The position numbers and the translations under genes are program-made. A DNA stretch of 64,000 nucleotides. Source: Haplodiscus bocki (Eukaryota). Position 1 is the stretch's first letter, and every line of letters starts with the position of its first letter. Location of the stretch: assembly GCA_965655095.1 (NCBI GenBank), contig OZ296648.1, positions 4,092,001 through 4,156,000 on the forward strand, read 5' to 3'. The notes beneath the pieces are model-generated. The model saw nothing but the letters and a program-made list of their open reading frames with translations, was not told where the DNA came from and did not search any database. Shown here one piece after another: positions 25,401 to 39,900 of the stretch.

Positions 25401-28400
25401 TTGGTATCTGATGGGCTGAAAAAAGTTTTAGAAGTCTAACATTCCCAGAAATGAACAAATTGATAGAGAAACGGTCCTCTGCAACTGTTAGTTTGATTTT
25501 GAAGCGTTTAGAGGTTTTCCAGTGAGTTTTGGACTCTGTTCAAACTTTTATTTTGAATTCAAACCTTGAGCTCATCTCAAAAAACTGGCTGTTTTTGAAT
25601 TTTTGTAATGTTTTCTTTTTCGAAACTGTGAATACTGTGACTCCGTTCTTGAACCGACTTCTCTATTGTCTGACCAAAACCAAACGATGCGCCTCCCACG
25701 CTTGTGGGTTTTTCGGTGATTATCTTTATTGTTTTTACCATCGCCTGAACAAGGAAACGCTCTGTGTTTACATCCTTTGTTAAGTTCAAAACGGAGCGTG
25801 ACAGCTGAGGATTCAGAAGAACATGTTCTTGCTCAAGCAATAAGAAAAGATTACTTTCCAGCCTCTGCTCGAGTTCTCCGGGTGCTCTGCTTGTTTTTTT
25901 AAGAGTTTGTTAAGGGAAGATTACGGATGTATGTTTTTTTCTGACAGATTTGCGAGTTCTCAAAATTGATTTATGTTTCCCAAGTGTTGAGCGAGCCTAA
26001 TGTTTGTTGCAAGATAACAGAAACATCTGTTTTAAGCAAAGTGACGTTTATACGATTGTCCGAGAACACTGATTTTTTTTCAGAGGGAAAAAGACTGGCA
26101 ATTTTGACTATATTTCACAAAATTTGAAACGGCTCGGCATGGCGGCTGACCTTTCAACAGAGCTCGAATTTGTAGAAACCCAAAAAGGTGTTTCCGAGAC
26201 TATCATAAGTTCTGTGAGTCTTGTGCTTTGTGGATGGGAGTTTTTGTAGAATTTGTCATGAAAAGATGTTTTTGCTGTTATACCGTCTCTGCAACTTTAT
26301 ATATTTCGAACTCATTTTTTTCATTGAGCCTCCTTTCCAGGTTTTCCAGTGACTTCTGTGTTTTTTTGGAGAATTTTTGTGTCATTTAAAACCTTGAATT
26401 CATCTCAAAAAACTAGCTGTTTTCGGAAGTTTTCAGAGTTTTCCCTATCCGAACGTTTAAAATCATCTTGTGACTACGATCATCCAAAGCCTTCACTAGT
26501 TTCTGACCATGACGAGTCGAGGCAGTTCCAACCGTTGTGAGGTTTTCAGTAGTTTTTAAGATCCTTTCAATTTTCTCCACGTTTGCCTGAACAAAGAAAA
26601 CTGCTCTGTTTACTTCTTTAGTAAAGATGAAATTGGTATGGAATAACACCTGACGAGATAACGGAGCCTATTTGTGCTCTTGCAGTAAGAAAAGAGTACT
26701 TTCGCTTTTTTTGTTTGAGTGTTTTGGATTTTCTTTTGTTTTTGGCTATTTTTTGAAGGAAAGCTGGGAGAGGTATGTTTTTTTTCGGAATTTTGTGACA
26801 GCTTAGCTACTTTTCAAAATTGAGAAATCTCTTTAAACTTTTTAACGAGCTTCATCTTGCCTGCAGAAATAGAGGGACAGCGGTTCAAAATCAGAGCAAG
26901 TTGCCTGCGCAGGTGCAAGAAAAGTTTACTTTCAGCGGTGAGAGCAATGGAATTTGCGACTTCCCAACTATACTTCGCAAACCTGTAAACGGCTTGGCAT
27001 AGCTGGTGGCCTCTCAACAGAGCTCGAATTTGGGAAACACAAAAGAGCTGTCTCGGGTGTATGACAGCTCTTGCGGGTCTTGTGCTTCCTTGTAGAGAGT
27101 TTTCGGGAAAACATGTTCTTCCTGTTACATCTCTGCAGACCTATATCTTTCCATCTCAGTATTTTATTATGCTTCATATTCGTCGCAGATGGTTTCAGTG
27201 AGCCTTTTGAATGGCCTTGGGGATTACGAAAGACCATCAAAGAGTTTTAAGCTACCTTCATTTGAGAAAAAAATCCTTTTTGGTAGTTTTACTTTGGTAT
27301 CTGATGGGCTGAAAAAAGTTGTAGAAGTCTTACATTCGCAGAAATGAACGAAATGGTAGAGAAACCGTCTTTTGCAACTGTTAGTTTGATTTGCAAAACA
27401 TTCGGAGGTTTTCCGGTGACTTTTGGGTTCTTTTCAAAAGTTTTTTTTTCAAATCAAACCATGAGTTCATCTCAAAAAACTGGACATTTTTGATGTTTTG
27501 TATAGTTTTCTTTTTCGACACTATGAATACTGTGGGTACGTTCTTGAACAGACTTCTCTATTGTCCGAAGAAAACCGAACGATGCGCCTCCCACCGTTGT
27601 GGGGTTTTCAAGGATCATCTTTATTGTTTTTACCAACGCCTGAACAATGAAACGTGTTGTGTTTACATCCTTTGTTAAGTTCAAAAAGGAGCGTGGCAGC
27701 TGATGACTCAGAAGAAGCTGTTCTTGCTCAAGCAAGAAGAAAAGAATACTTTGCAACTTTTGCTGGAGTTTTCTGGGTGCTCTGCTTGTGTTCGGGAGTT
27801 TTTTAAGGAAAGATTACGGATGTATGTTTTTTTCTGAATTTTGTTCACATTTTTGCCAATTCTCAAAAATGAATAATCTTTCCCAAGTTCTCATGGAGCC
27901 TAATGTTTGTTGCAGGACAACAGAAACATCTGCTGTGGGCAAAGTGACGTATATACGATTGCCCGAGAACACTTATTTTTTCAGAGGGAAAAAGAATGGC
28001 AATTGTGTTTTTCTAACTATACTTCACAAAATATGAAACGGCTTGGCATGGTGGCTGACCTTTCAACAGAGCTCGAATTTGTAGAAACCCAAAAAGGTGT
28101 TTCCGAGACTATGATAAGTTCTGTGAGTCTTGTGCTTTGTGGATGGGAGTTTTTGTAGAATTTGTCATGAAAAGATGTTTTTGCTGTTATACCGTCTCTG
28201 CAACTTTATATATTTCGAACTCATTTTTTTCATTGAGCCTCCTTTCCAGGTTTTCCAGTGACTTCTGTGTTTTTTTGGAGAATTTTTGTGTCATTTAAAA
28301 CCTTGAATTCATCTCAAACAACTAGCTGTTTTCGGAATTTTGAAGAGTTTTCTTTTCGAAACAGTTCATATTGTGACTCCGGTCATGAACAGGGTTAACT

Positions 28401-31400
28401 TTTGTGTGTCGGGCCGAGACGATGAGCCTCCCACTGTTTCGAGGTATTAGAGACTTTCCAAGATCGTGTGAATACTATTTACATTTGCCTGAGCAATGGA
28501 AACTGCTATTTGTACTTCTTTTTGGGCAACTTGAGAGGAATTAATTCTTTGTTGGCAGCTGAGCTCCCAACAAAGCATAGTTGTGCATAAACATGTTGGA
28601 AAGTTGACTTCGAGCTCCTGTTGAGTTTTGTGGTAATCTGGGTTCTTCTAAAACCCAAAAAGGTGTTTTCGCGACTTTGATTAATTCTGTGAGTCTTGTG
28701 CTTTTTCGATGGGAGTTTTTGTAGAATTTGTCATGGAAAGATGTTTTTCCTGTTACACCATCTCTGCAACGGTATATATTTCATTGAGCTCATTTTTTCA
28801 TTGAGCCTCTTTTTGTTGTCAGAGAAAGTTTCAGAAAGCCATTTTGATGAGCTTGAGTAAGACAAAAGTCGATTTCAGGTTGTTTTAGTTTCATTCACTC
28901 AAGAAAAAACTAGAATGATTGGTGCTTTTACCGTGGTATCTGATGGGCTGGATAAAAATTATAGAACTCTCTAAGTTGACGAAAAGAGACGAAAATGGTA
29001 TAGAAACGGTCCCTTGCAACTGTTGGTTTGATTTCCAAGACTTTTGGGGGTTTTCGAGTGACTTTTTGGTAACTTTAAGAGTTTTATTGTCAATGCTAAC
29101 CTTGATCATTTTCAGAAAACTGGCTGTTTTCGGAAGTTTTCAGAGTTTTCCCTATCCGAAACTTTAAAATCATGTGACTCCAATCATCCGAAACCTTCAG
29201 TAGTTTCTGACCATGACGAGTCGAGGCAGTTCCAACCGTTGTGAGGTTTTCAGTAGTTTTTAAGATCCTTTCAATTTTCTCCACGTTTGCCTGAACAAAG
29301 AAAACCGCTCTGTTTACTTCTATAGTAAAGATGAAATTGGTATGGAATAACACCTGACGAGATAACGGAGCCTATTTGTGCTCTTGCAGTAAGAAAAGAG
29401 TACTTTCGCTTTTTTTGTTTGAGTGTTTTGGATTTTCTTTTGTTTTTGGCTATTTTTTGAAGGAAAGCTGGGAGAGGTATGTTTTTTTTCGGAATTTTGT
29501 GACAGCTTAGCTACTTTTCAAAATTGAGAAATCTCTTTAAACTTTTCAACGAGCTTCATCTTGCCTGCAGAAATAGAGGGACAGCGGTTCAAAATCAGAG
29601 CAAGTTGCCTGCGCAGGTTCAAGAAAAGTTCACTTTCAGCGGTGAGAGCAATGGAATTTGCGACTTCCCAACTATACTTCGCAAACCTGTAAACGGCTTG
29701 GCATAGCTGGTGGCCTCTCAACAGAGCTCGAAATTGTAGAAACTCAAAAAAGTGTTTTCGAGACTATGATAAGTTCTGTGAGTCTTGTGCTTTTTGATGG
29801 GAGTTTTTGTAGAATTTGTCATGAAATTATGTTTTTCCTGTTATACCATCTCTGCAACTTTATATATTTCGAACTGATTTTTTTCATTGAGCCTCTCTCT
29901 GGTAGAGAAAGTTTCAGAAAGCAATTTTGATGAGCTTGAGTTGTACAAAAGGCGATAGTAGGTTGTTTTAGTTTCCTTCACCCAAAAAAAATAGAATGAT
30001 TGGTACTTTTACCGTGGTATCTGATGGGCTGGAAAAAACGTATAGAACTCTCTAAGTTCACGAAAAGAGACGAAAATGGTATAGAAACGGTCCCTTGCAA
30101 CTGTTGGTTTGATTTCCAAGACTTTTGGGGTTTTTCGGGTGACTTTTTGGTAACTTTAAGAGTTTTATTGTCAATGCAAACCTTGATCATTTTCGAAAAA
30201 CTGGCTGTTTTCGGAAGTTTTCAGAGTTTTCCCTATCCGAAACTTTAAAATCATGTGACTCCGATCATCCGAAACCTTCAGTAGTTTCTGACCAAGACGA
30301 ATTGAGGCAGTTCCAACCGTTGTGAGGTTTTCAATACTTTTCAAGGTCATTTCAATTTTATTTACCTTTGCCTAAATGAGGGAAACTGCTCCGTTTACTT
30401 CTATGGTAAAGATCAAATTGGTATGGAATAATAGCTGACGAGATAGTTTGTGCTCTTGCAGTTAGAAAAGAGTACTTCGGTCTTTTTGCTGGAGTGTTTT
30501 GGATGTTCTTCTGGTTTTGGCAATTTTTTGAAGGAAAGCTTGGAGAGGTATGTTTTTTTTCTGAATTTTGTGACACCTTTGCTACTTTTCAAAATTGAAA
30601 AATCTCTTACATTTTTTACCAAAACGAGCTTCATTTTGGCTGCAGGAATAGAGGGAAAGCGGTTCAAACTCGGAGCAGTTTGCATACGCATGTTCAAGTA
30701 AACTCTACTTTCAGCGGCGCGAGAAATGGGATCTGCGACTTCCGAACTATATTTCGCAAACCACTAAACGGCTTGGCATAGCTGCTGACTTCTCAATAGA
30801 GCTCGAAAATGAGAAACACAGAAGAGCCGTTTCGAGTCTACGATAGCTCTTGCGAGTCTTGTGCTTCCTTGTAGGGAGTTTTCGGGAATTTGTCAAGAAA
30901 ACCTTTTCCTGTTACATCATATCTGCAGACCTATATCTTTTCATCTCAGTATTTTTTAAGCTTCATTTTTGTCGGAGAATTTTTCAGGGAGCCATTTGGG
31001 AGAGCTTGGGGATTACGAAAGTCGATCTAAAAGTTTTATGTTACCTTCACTTATGAAAAAATAATTTTTAGTAGTTTCACTTTGGTATCTGATGGGCTGA
31101 AAAAAGTTTTAGAAGTCTAACATTCCCAGAAATGAACAAATTGATAGAGAAACGGTCCTCTGCAACTGTTAGTTTGATTTTGAAGCGTTTAGAGGTTTTC
31201 CAGTGAGTTTTGGACTCTGTTCAAACTTTTATTTTGAATTCAAACCTTGAGCTCATCTCAAAAAACTGGCTGTTTTTGAATTTTTGTAATGTTTTCTTTT
31301 TCGAAACTGTGAATACTGTGACTCCGTTCTTGAACCGACTTCTCTATTGTCTGACCAAAACCAAACGATGCGCCTCCCACGCTTGTGGGATTTTCGGTGA

Positions 31401-34400
31401 TTATCTTTATTGTTTTTACCATCGCCTGAACAAGGTAACGCTCTGTGTTTACATCGTTTGTTAAGTTCAAAACGGAGCGTGACAACTGAGGATTCAGAAG
31501 AACATGGTCTTGCTCAAGCAATAAGAAAAGATTACTTTCCAGCCTCTGCTCGAGTTCTCCGGGTGCTCTGCTTGTTTTTTTAAGAGTTTTTTAAGGGAAG
31601 ATTACGGATGTATGTTTTTTTCTGACAGATTTGCGAGTTCTCAAAATTGATTTATGTTTCCCAAGTGTTGAGCGAGCCTAATGTTTGTTGCAAGATAACA
31701 GAAACATCTGTTTTGAGCAAAGTGACGTTTATACGATTGTCCGAGAACACTGATTTTTTTTCAGAGGGAAAAAGACTGGCAATTTTGACTATATTTCACA
31801 AAATATGAAACGGCTCGGCATGGCGGCTGACCTTTCAACAGAGGTCGAATTTTTAGAAACCCAAAAAGGTGTTTCCGAGACTATCATAAGTTCTGTGAGT
31901 CTTGTGCTTTGTGGATGGGAGTTTTTGTAGAATTTGTCATGAAAAGATGTTTTTGCTGTTATACCGTCTCTGCAACTTTATATATTTCGAACTCATTTTT
32001 TTCATTGAGCCTCTTTTCCAGGTTTTCCAGTGACTTCTGTGTATTTTTGGAGAATTTTTGTGTCATTTAAAACCTTGAATTCATCTCAAAAAACTAGCTG
32101 TTTTCGGAAGTTTTCAGAGTTTTCCCTATCCGAACCTTTAAAATCATCTTGTGACTACGATCATCCAAAGCCTTCACTAGTTTCTGACCATGACGAGTCG
32201 AGGCAGTTCCAACCGTTGTGAGGTTTTCAGTAGTTTTTAAGATCCTTTCAATTTTCTCCACGTTTGCCTGAACGAAGAAAACTGCTCTGTTTACTTCTAT
32301 AGTAAAGATGAAATTGGTATGGAATAACACCTGACGAGATAACGGAGCCTATTTGTGCTCTTGCAGTAAGAAAAGAGTACTTTCGCTTTTTTTGTTTGAG
32401 TGTTTTGGATTTTCTTTTGTTTTTGGCTATTTTTTGAAGGAAAGCTGGGAGAGGTATGTTTTTTTTCGGAATTTTGTGACAGCTTAGCTACTTTTCAAAA
32501 TTGAGAAATCTCTTTAAACTTTTCAACGAGCTTCATCTTGCCTGCAGAAATAGAGGGACAGCGGTTCAAAATCAGAGCAAGTTGCCTGCGCAGGTTCAAG
32601 AAAAGTTTACTTTCAGCGGTGAGAGCAATGGAATTTGCGACTTCCCAACTATACTTCGCAAACCTGTAAACGGCTTGGCATAGCTGGTGGCCTCTCAACA
32701 GAGCTCGAAATTGTAGAAACTCAAAAAAGTGTTTTCGAGACTATGATAAGTTCTGTGAGTCTTGTGCTTTTTGATGGGAGTTTTTGTAGAATTTGTCATG
32801 AAATTATGTTTTTCCTGTTATACCATCTCTGCAACTTTATATATTTCGAACTGATTTTTTTCATTGAGCCTCTCTCTGGTAGAGAAAGTTTCAGAAAGCA
32901 ATTTTGATGAGCTTGAGTTGTACAAAAGGCGATAGTAGGTTGTTTTAGTTTCCTTCACCCAAAAAAAATAGAATGATTGGTACTTTTACCGTGGTATCTG
33001 ATGGGCTGGAAAAAACGTATAGAACTCTCTAAGTTCACGAAAAGAGACGAAAATGGTATAGAAACGGTCCCTTGCAACTGTTGGTTTGATTTCCAAGACT
33101 TTTGGGGTTTTTCGGGTGACTTTTTGGTAACTTTAAGAGTTTTATTGTCAATGCAAACCTTGATCATTTTCGAAAAACTGGCTGTTTTCGGAAGTTTTCA
33201 GAGTTTTCCCTATCCGAAACTTTAAAATCATGTGACTCCGATCATCCGAAACCTTCAGTAGTTTCTGACCAAGACGAATTGAGGCAGTTCCAACCGTTGT
33301 GAGGTTTTCAATACTTTTCAAGGTCATTTCAATTTTATTTACCTTTGCCTAAATGAGGGAAACTGCTCCGTTTACTTCTATGGTAAAGATCAAATTGGTA
33401 TGGAATAATAGCTGACGAGATAGTTTGTGCTCTTGCAGTTAGAAAAGAGTACTTCGGTCTTTTTGCTGGAGTGTTTTGGATGTTCTTCTGGTTTTGGCAA
33501 TTTTTTGAAGGAAAGCTTGGAGAGGTATGTTTTTTTTCTGAATTTTGTGACACCTTTGCTACTTTTCAAAATTGAAAAATCTCTTACATTTTTTACCAAA
33601 ACGAGCTTCATTTTGGCTGCAGGAATAGAGGGAAAGCGGTTCAAACTCGGAGCAGTTTGCATACGCATGTTCAAGTAAACTCTACTTTCAGCGGCGCGAG
33701 AAATGGGATCTGCGACTTCCGAACTATATTTCGCAAACCACTAAACGGCTTGGCATAGCTGCTGACTTCTCAATAGAGCTCGAAAATGAGAAACACAGAA
33801 GAGCCGTTTCGAGTCTACGATAGCTCTTGCGAGTCTTGTGCTTCCTTGTAGGGAGTTTTCGGGAATTTGTCAAGAAAACCTTTTCCTGTTACATCATATC
33901 TGCAGACCTATATCTTTTCATCTCAGTATTTTTTAAGCTTCATTTTTGTCGGAGAATTTTTCAGGGAGCCATTTGGGAGAGCTTGGGGATTACGAAAGTC
34001 GATCTAAAAGTTTTATGTTACCTTCACTTATGAAAAAATAATTTTTAGTAGTTTCACTTTGGTATCTGATGGGCTGAAAAAAGTTTTAGAAGTCTAACAT
34101 TCCCAGAAATGAACAAATTGATAGAGAAACGGTCCTCTGCAACTGTTAGTTTGATTTTGAAGCGTTTAGAGGTTTTCCAGTGAGTTTTGGACTCTGTTCA
34201 AACTTTTATTTTGAATTCAAACCTTGAGCTCATCTCAAAAAACTGGCTGTTTTTGAATTTTTGTAATGTTTTCTTTTTCGAAACTGTGAATACTGTGACT
34301 CCGTTCTTGAACCGACTTCTCTATTGTCTGACCAAAACCAAACGATGCGCCTCCCACGCTTGTGGGATTTTCGGTGATTATCTTTATTGTTTTTACCATC

Positions 34401-36935
34401 GCCTGAACAAGGTAACGCTCTGTGTTTACATCGTTTGTTAAGTTCAAAACGGAGCGTGACAACTGAGGATTCAGAAGAACATGGTCTTGCTCAAGCAATA
34501 AGAAAAGATTACTTTCCAGCCTCTGCTCGAGTTCTCCGGGTGCTCTGCTTGTTTTTTTAAGAGTTTTTTAAGGGAAGATTACGGATGTATGTTTTTTTCT
34601 GACAGATTTGCGAGTTCTCAAAATTGATTTATGTTTCCCAAGTGTTGAGCGAGCCTAATGTTTGTTGCAAGATAACAGAAACATCTGTTTTGAGCAAAGT
34701 GACGTTTATACGATTGTCCGAGAACACTGATTTTTTTTCAGAGGGAAAAAGACTGGCAATTTTGACTATATTTCACAAAATATGAAACGGCTCGGCATGG
34801 CGGCTGACCTTTCAACAGAGCTCGAATTTGTAGAAACCCAAAAAGGTGTTTCCGAGACTATCATAAGTTCTGTGAGTCTTGTGCTTTGTGGATGGGAGTT
34901 TTTGTAGAATTTGTCATGAAAAGATGTTTTTGCTGTTATACCGTCTCTGCAACTTTATATATTTCGAACTGATTTTTTTCATTGAGCCTCTCTCTGGTAG
35001 AGAAAGTTTCAGAAAGCAATTTTGATGAGCTTGAGTTGTACAAAAGGCGATAGTAGGTTGTTTTAGTTTCCTTCACCCAAAAAAAATAGAATGATTGGTA
35101 CTTTTACCGTGGTATCTGATGGGCTGGAAAAAACGTATAGAACTCTCTAAGTTCACGAAAAGAGACGAAAATGGTATAGAAACGGTCCCTTGCAACTGTT
35201 GGTTTGATTTCCAAGACTTTTGGGGTTTTTCGGGTGACTTTTTGGTAACTTTAAGAGTTTTATTGTCAATGCAAACCTTGATCATTTTCGAAAAACTGGC
35301 TGTTTTCGGAAGTTTTCAGAGTTTTCCCTATCCGAAACTTTAAAATCATGTGACTCCGATCATCCGAAACCTTCAGTAGTTTCTGACCAAGACGAATTGA
35401 GGCAGTTCCAACCGTTGTGAGGTTTTCAATACTTTTCAAGGTCATTTCAATTTTATTTACCTTTGCCTAAATGAGGGAAACTGCTCCGTTTACTTCTATG
35501 GTAAAGATCAAATTGGTATGGAATAATAGCTGACGAGATAGTTTGTGCTCTTGCAGTTAGAAAAGAGTACTTCGGTCTTTTTGCTGGAGTGTTTTGGATG
35601 TTCTTCTGGTTTTGGCAATTTTTTGAAGGAAAGCTTGGAGAGGTATGTTTTTTTTCTGAATTTTGTGACACCTTTGCTACTTTTCAAAATTGAAAAATCT
35701 CTTACATTTTTTACCAAAACGAGCTTCATTTTGGCTGCAGGAATAGAGGGAAAGCGGTTCAAACTCGGAGCAGTTTGCATACGCATGTTCAAGTAAACTC
35801 TACTTTCAGCGGCGCGAGAAATGGGATCTGCGACTTCCGAACTATATTTCGCAAACCACTAAACGGCTTGGCATAGCTGCTGACTTCTCAATAGAGCTCG
35901 AAAATGAGAAACACAGAAGAGCCGTTTCGAGTCTACGATAGCTCTTGCGAGTCTTGTGCTTCCTTGTAGGGAGTTTTCGGGAATTTGTCAAGAAAACCTT
36001 TTCCTGTTACATCATATCTGCAGACCTATATCTTTTCATCTCAGTATTTTTTAAGCTTCATTTTTGTCGGAGAATTTTTCAGGGAGCCATTTGGGAGAGC
36101 TTGGGGATTACGAAAGTCGATCTAAAAGTTTTATGTTACCTTCACTTATGAAAAAATAATTTTTAGTAGTTTCACTTTGGTATCTGATGGGCTGAAAAAA
36201 GTTTTAGAAGTCTAACATTCCCAGAAATGAACAAATTGATAGAGAAACGGTCCTCTGCAACTGTTAGTTTGATTTTGAAGCGTTTAGAGGTTTTCCAGTG
36301 AGTTTTGGACTCTGTTCAAACTTTTATTTTGAATTCAAACCTTGAGCTCATCTCAAAAAACTGGCTGTTTTTGAATTTTTGTAATGTTTTCTTTTTCGAA
36401 ACTGTGAATACTGTGACTCCGTTCTTGAACCGACTTCTCTATTGTCTGACCAAAACCAAACGATGCGCCTCCCACGCTTGTGGGATTTTCGGTGATTATC
36501 TTTATTGTTTTTACCATCGCCTGAACAAGGTAACGCTCTGTGTTTACATCGTTTGTTAAGTTCAAAACGGAGCGTGACAACTGAGGATTCAGAAGAACAT
36601 GGTCTTGCTCAAGCAATAAGAAAAGATTACTTTCCAGCCTCTGCTCGAGTTCTCCGGGTGCTCTGCTTGTTTTTTTAAGAGTTTTTTAAGGGAAGATTAC
36701 GGATGTATGTTTTTTTCTGACAGATTTGCGAGTTCTCAAAATTGATTTATGTTTCCCAAGTGTTGAGCGAGCCTAATGTTTGTTGCAAGATAACAGAAAC
36801 ATCTGTTTTGAGCAAAGTGACGTTTATACGATTGTCCGAGAACACTGATTTTTTTTCAGAGGGAAAAAGACTGGCAATTTTGACTATATTTCACAAAATA
36901 TGAAACGGCTCGGCATGGCGGCTGACCTTTCAACA
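19430..36935. repeat. HOR domain 3: C-D-E-F blocks interleaved with A-B and C-A-B; contains 6730-bp and 5095-bp offset duplications
   Basis: CDEF at 19430-22993 recurs at 26160-29723 (offset 6730). The private variant GAGGTCGAATTTTT occurs at 31841 and 36936 (offset 5095). Confidence 0.9.
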
Positions 36936-39900
36936 GAGGTCGAATTTTTAGAAACCCAAAAAGGTGTTTCCGAGACTATCATAAGTTCTGTGAGTCTTGT
37001 GCTTTGTGGATGGGAGTTTTTGTAGAATTTGTCATGAAAAGATGTTTTTGCTGTTATACCGTCTCTGCAACTTTATATATTTCGAACTCATTTTTTTCAT
37101 TGAGCCTCTTTTCCAGGTTTTCCAGTGACTTCTGTGTATTTTTGGAGAATTTTTGTGTCATTTAAAACCTTGAATTCATCTCAAAAAACTAGCTGTTTTC
37201 GGAAGTTTTCAGAGTTTTCCCTATCCGAACCTTTAAAATCATCTTGTGACTACGATCATCCAAAGCCTTCACTAGTTTCTGACCATGACGAGTCGAGGCA
37301 GTTCCAACCGTTGTGAGGTTTTCAGTAGTTTTTAAGATCCTTTCAATTTTCTCCACGTTTGCCTGAACGAAGAAAACTGCTCTGTTTACTTCTATAGTAA
37401 AGATGAAATTGGTATGGAATAACACCTGACGAGATAACGGAGCCTATTTGTGCTCTTGCAGTAAGAAAAGAGTACTTTCGCTTTTTTTGTTTGAGTGTTT
37501 TGGATTTTCTTTTGTTTTTGGCTATTTTTTGAAGGAAAGCTGGGAGAGGTATGTTTTTTTTCGGAATTTTGTGACAGCTTAGCTACTTTTCAAAATTGAG
37601 AAATCTCTTTAAACTTTTCAACGAGCTTCATCTTGCCTGCAGAAATAGAGGGACAGCGGTTCAAAATCAGAGCAAGTTGCCTGCGCAGGTTCAAGAAAAG
37701 TTTACTTTCAGCGGTGAGAGCAATGGAATTTGCGACTTCCCAACTATACTTCGCAAACCTGTAAACGGCTTGGCATAGCTGGTGGCCTCTCAACAGAGCT
37801 CGAATTTGGGAAACACAAAAGAGCTGTCTCGGGTGTATGACAGCTCTTGCGGGTCTTGTGCTTCCTTGTAGAGAGTTTTCGGGAAAACATGTTCTTCCTG
37901 TTACATCTCTGCAGACCTATATCTTTCCATCTCAGTATTTTATTATGCTTCATATTCGTCGCAGATGGTTTCAGTGAGCCTTTTGAATGACCTTGGGGAT
38001 TACGAAAGACCATCAAAGAGTTTTAAGCTACCTTCACTTGAGAAAAAAATCCTTTTTGGTAGTTTAACTTTGGTATCTGATGGGCTGAAAAAAGTTGTAG
38101 AAGTCTTACATTCGCAGAAATGAACGAAATGGTAGAGAAACCGTCTTTTGCAACTGTTAGTTTGATTTGCAAAACATTCGGAGGTTTTCCGGTGACTTTG
38201 GGTTCTTTTCAAAAGTTTTTTTTTCAAATCAAACCATGAGTTCATCTCAAAAAACTGGACATTTTTGAAGTTTTGTATAGTTTTCTTTTTCGACACTATG
38301 AATACTGTGGGTACGTTCTTGAACAGACTTCTCTATTGTCCGAAGAAAACCGAACGATGCGCCTCCCACCGTTGTGGGGTTTTTCAAGGATCATCTTTAT
38401 TGTTTTTACCAACGCCTGAACAATGAAACGTGTTGTGTTTACATCCTTTGTTAAGTTCAAAAAGGAGCGTGGCAGCTGATGACTCAGAAGAAGCTGTTCT
38501 TGCTCAAGCAAGAAGAAAAGAATACTTTGCAACTTTTGCTGGAGTTTTCTGGGTGCTCTGCTTGTGTTCGGGAGTTTTTTAAGGAAAGATTACGGATGTA
38601 TGTTTTTTTCTGAATTTTGTTCACATTTTTGCCAATTCTCAAAATTGAATAATCTTTCCCAAGTTCTCATGGAGCCTAATGTTTGTTGCAGGACAACAGA
38701 AACATCTGCTGTGGGCAAAGTGACGTATATACGATTGCCCGAGAACACTTATTTTTTCAGAGGGAAAAAGAATGGCAATTGTGTTTTTCTAACTATACTT
38801 CACAAAATATGAAACGGCTTGGCATGGTGGCTGACCTTTCAACAGAGCTCGAATTTGTAGAAACCCAAAAAGGTGTTTCCGAGACTATGATAAGTTCTGT
38901 GAGTCTTGTGCTTTGTGGATGGGAGTTTTTGTAGAATTTGTCATGAAAAGATGTTTTTGCTGTTATACCGTCTCTGCAACTTTATATATTTCGAACTCAT
39001 TTTTTTCATTGAGCCTCCTTTCCAGGTTTTCCAGTGACTTCTGTGTTTTTTTGGAGAATTTTTGTGTCATTTAAAACCTTGAATTCATCTCAAAAAACTA
39101 GCTGTTTTCGGAATTTTGAAGAGTTTTCTTTTCGAAACAGTTCATATTGTGACTCCGGTCATGAACAGGGTTAACTTTTGTGTGTCGGGCCGAGACGATG
39201 AGCCTCCCACTGTTTCGAGGTATTAGAGACTTTCCAAGATCGTGTGAATACTATTTACATTTGCCTGAGCAATGGAAACTGCTATTTGTACTTCTTTTTG
39301 GGCAACTTGAGAGGAATTAATTCTTTGTTGGCAGCTGAGCTCCCAACAAAGCATAGTTGTGCATAAACATGTTGGAAAGTTGACTTCGAGCTCCTGTTGA
39401 GTTTTGTGGTAATCTGGGTTCTTCTAAAACCCAGAAAGGTGTTTTCGCGACTATGATTAATTCTGTGAGTCTTGTGCTTTTTCGATGGGAGTTTTTGTAG
39501 AATTTGTCATGAAAAGATGTTTTTCCTGTTACACCATCTCTGCAACGGTATATATTTCATTGAGCTCATTTTTTCATTGAGCCTCTTTTTGTTGTCAGAG
39601 AAAGTTTCAGAAAGCCATTTTGATGAGCTTGAGTAAGACAAAAGTCGATTTCAGGTTGTTTTAGTTTCATTCACTCAAGAAAAAACTAGAATGATTGGTG
39701 CTTTTACCGTGGTATCTGATGGGCTGAAAAAACTTATGGAAATCGCAAGGTTCTCGAAAGTAAAGAAAATGGTATAGAAATGGTCTCCTGCAACTGTTGG
39801 TTTGATTTCCAACTCTTTCAGGGGTTTTCCAGTGAATGTTGCTTGTTTTTTTGTCAATGCAAACCTTGAAATCATTTTCAAAAAACTGGCTGTTTTCGGA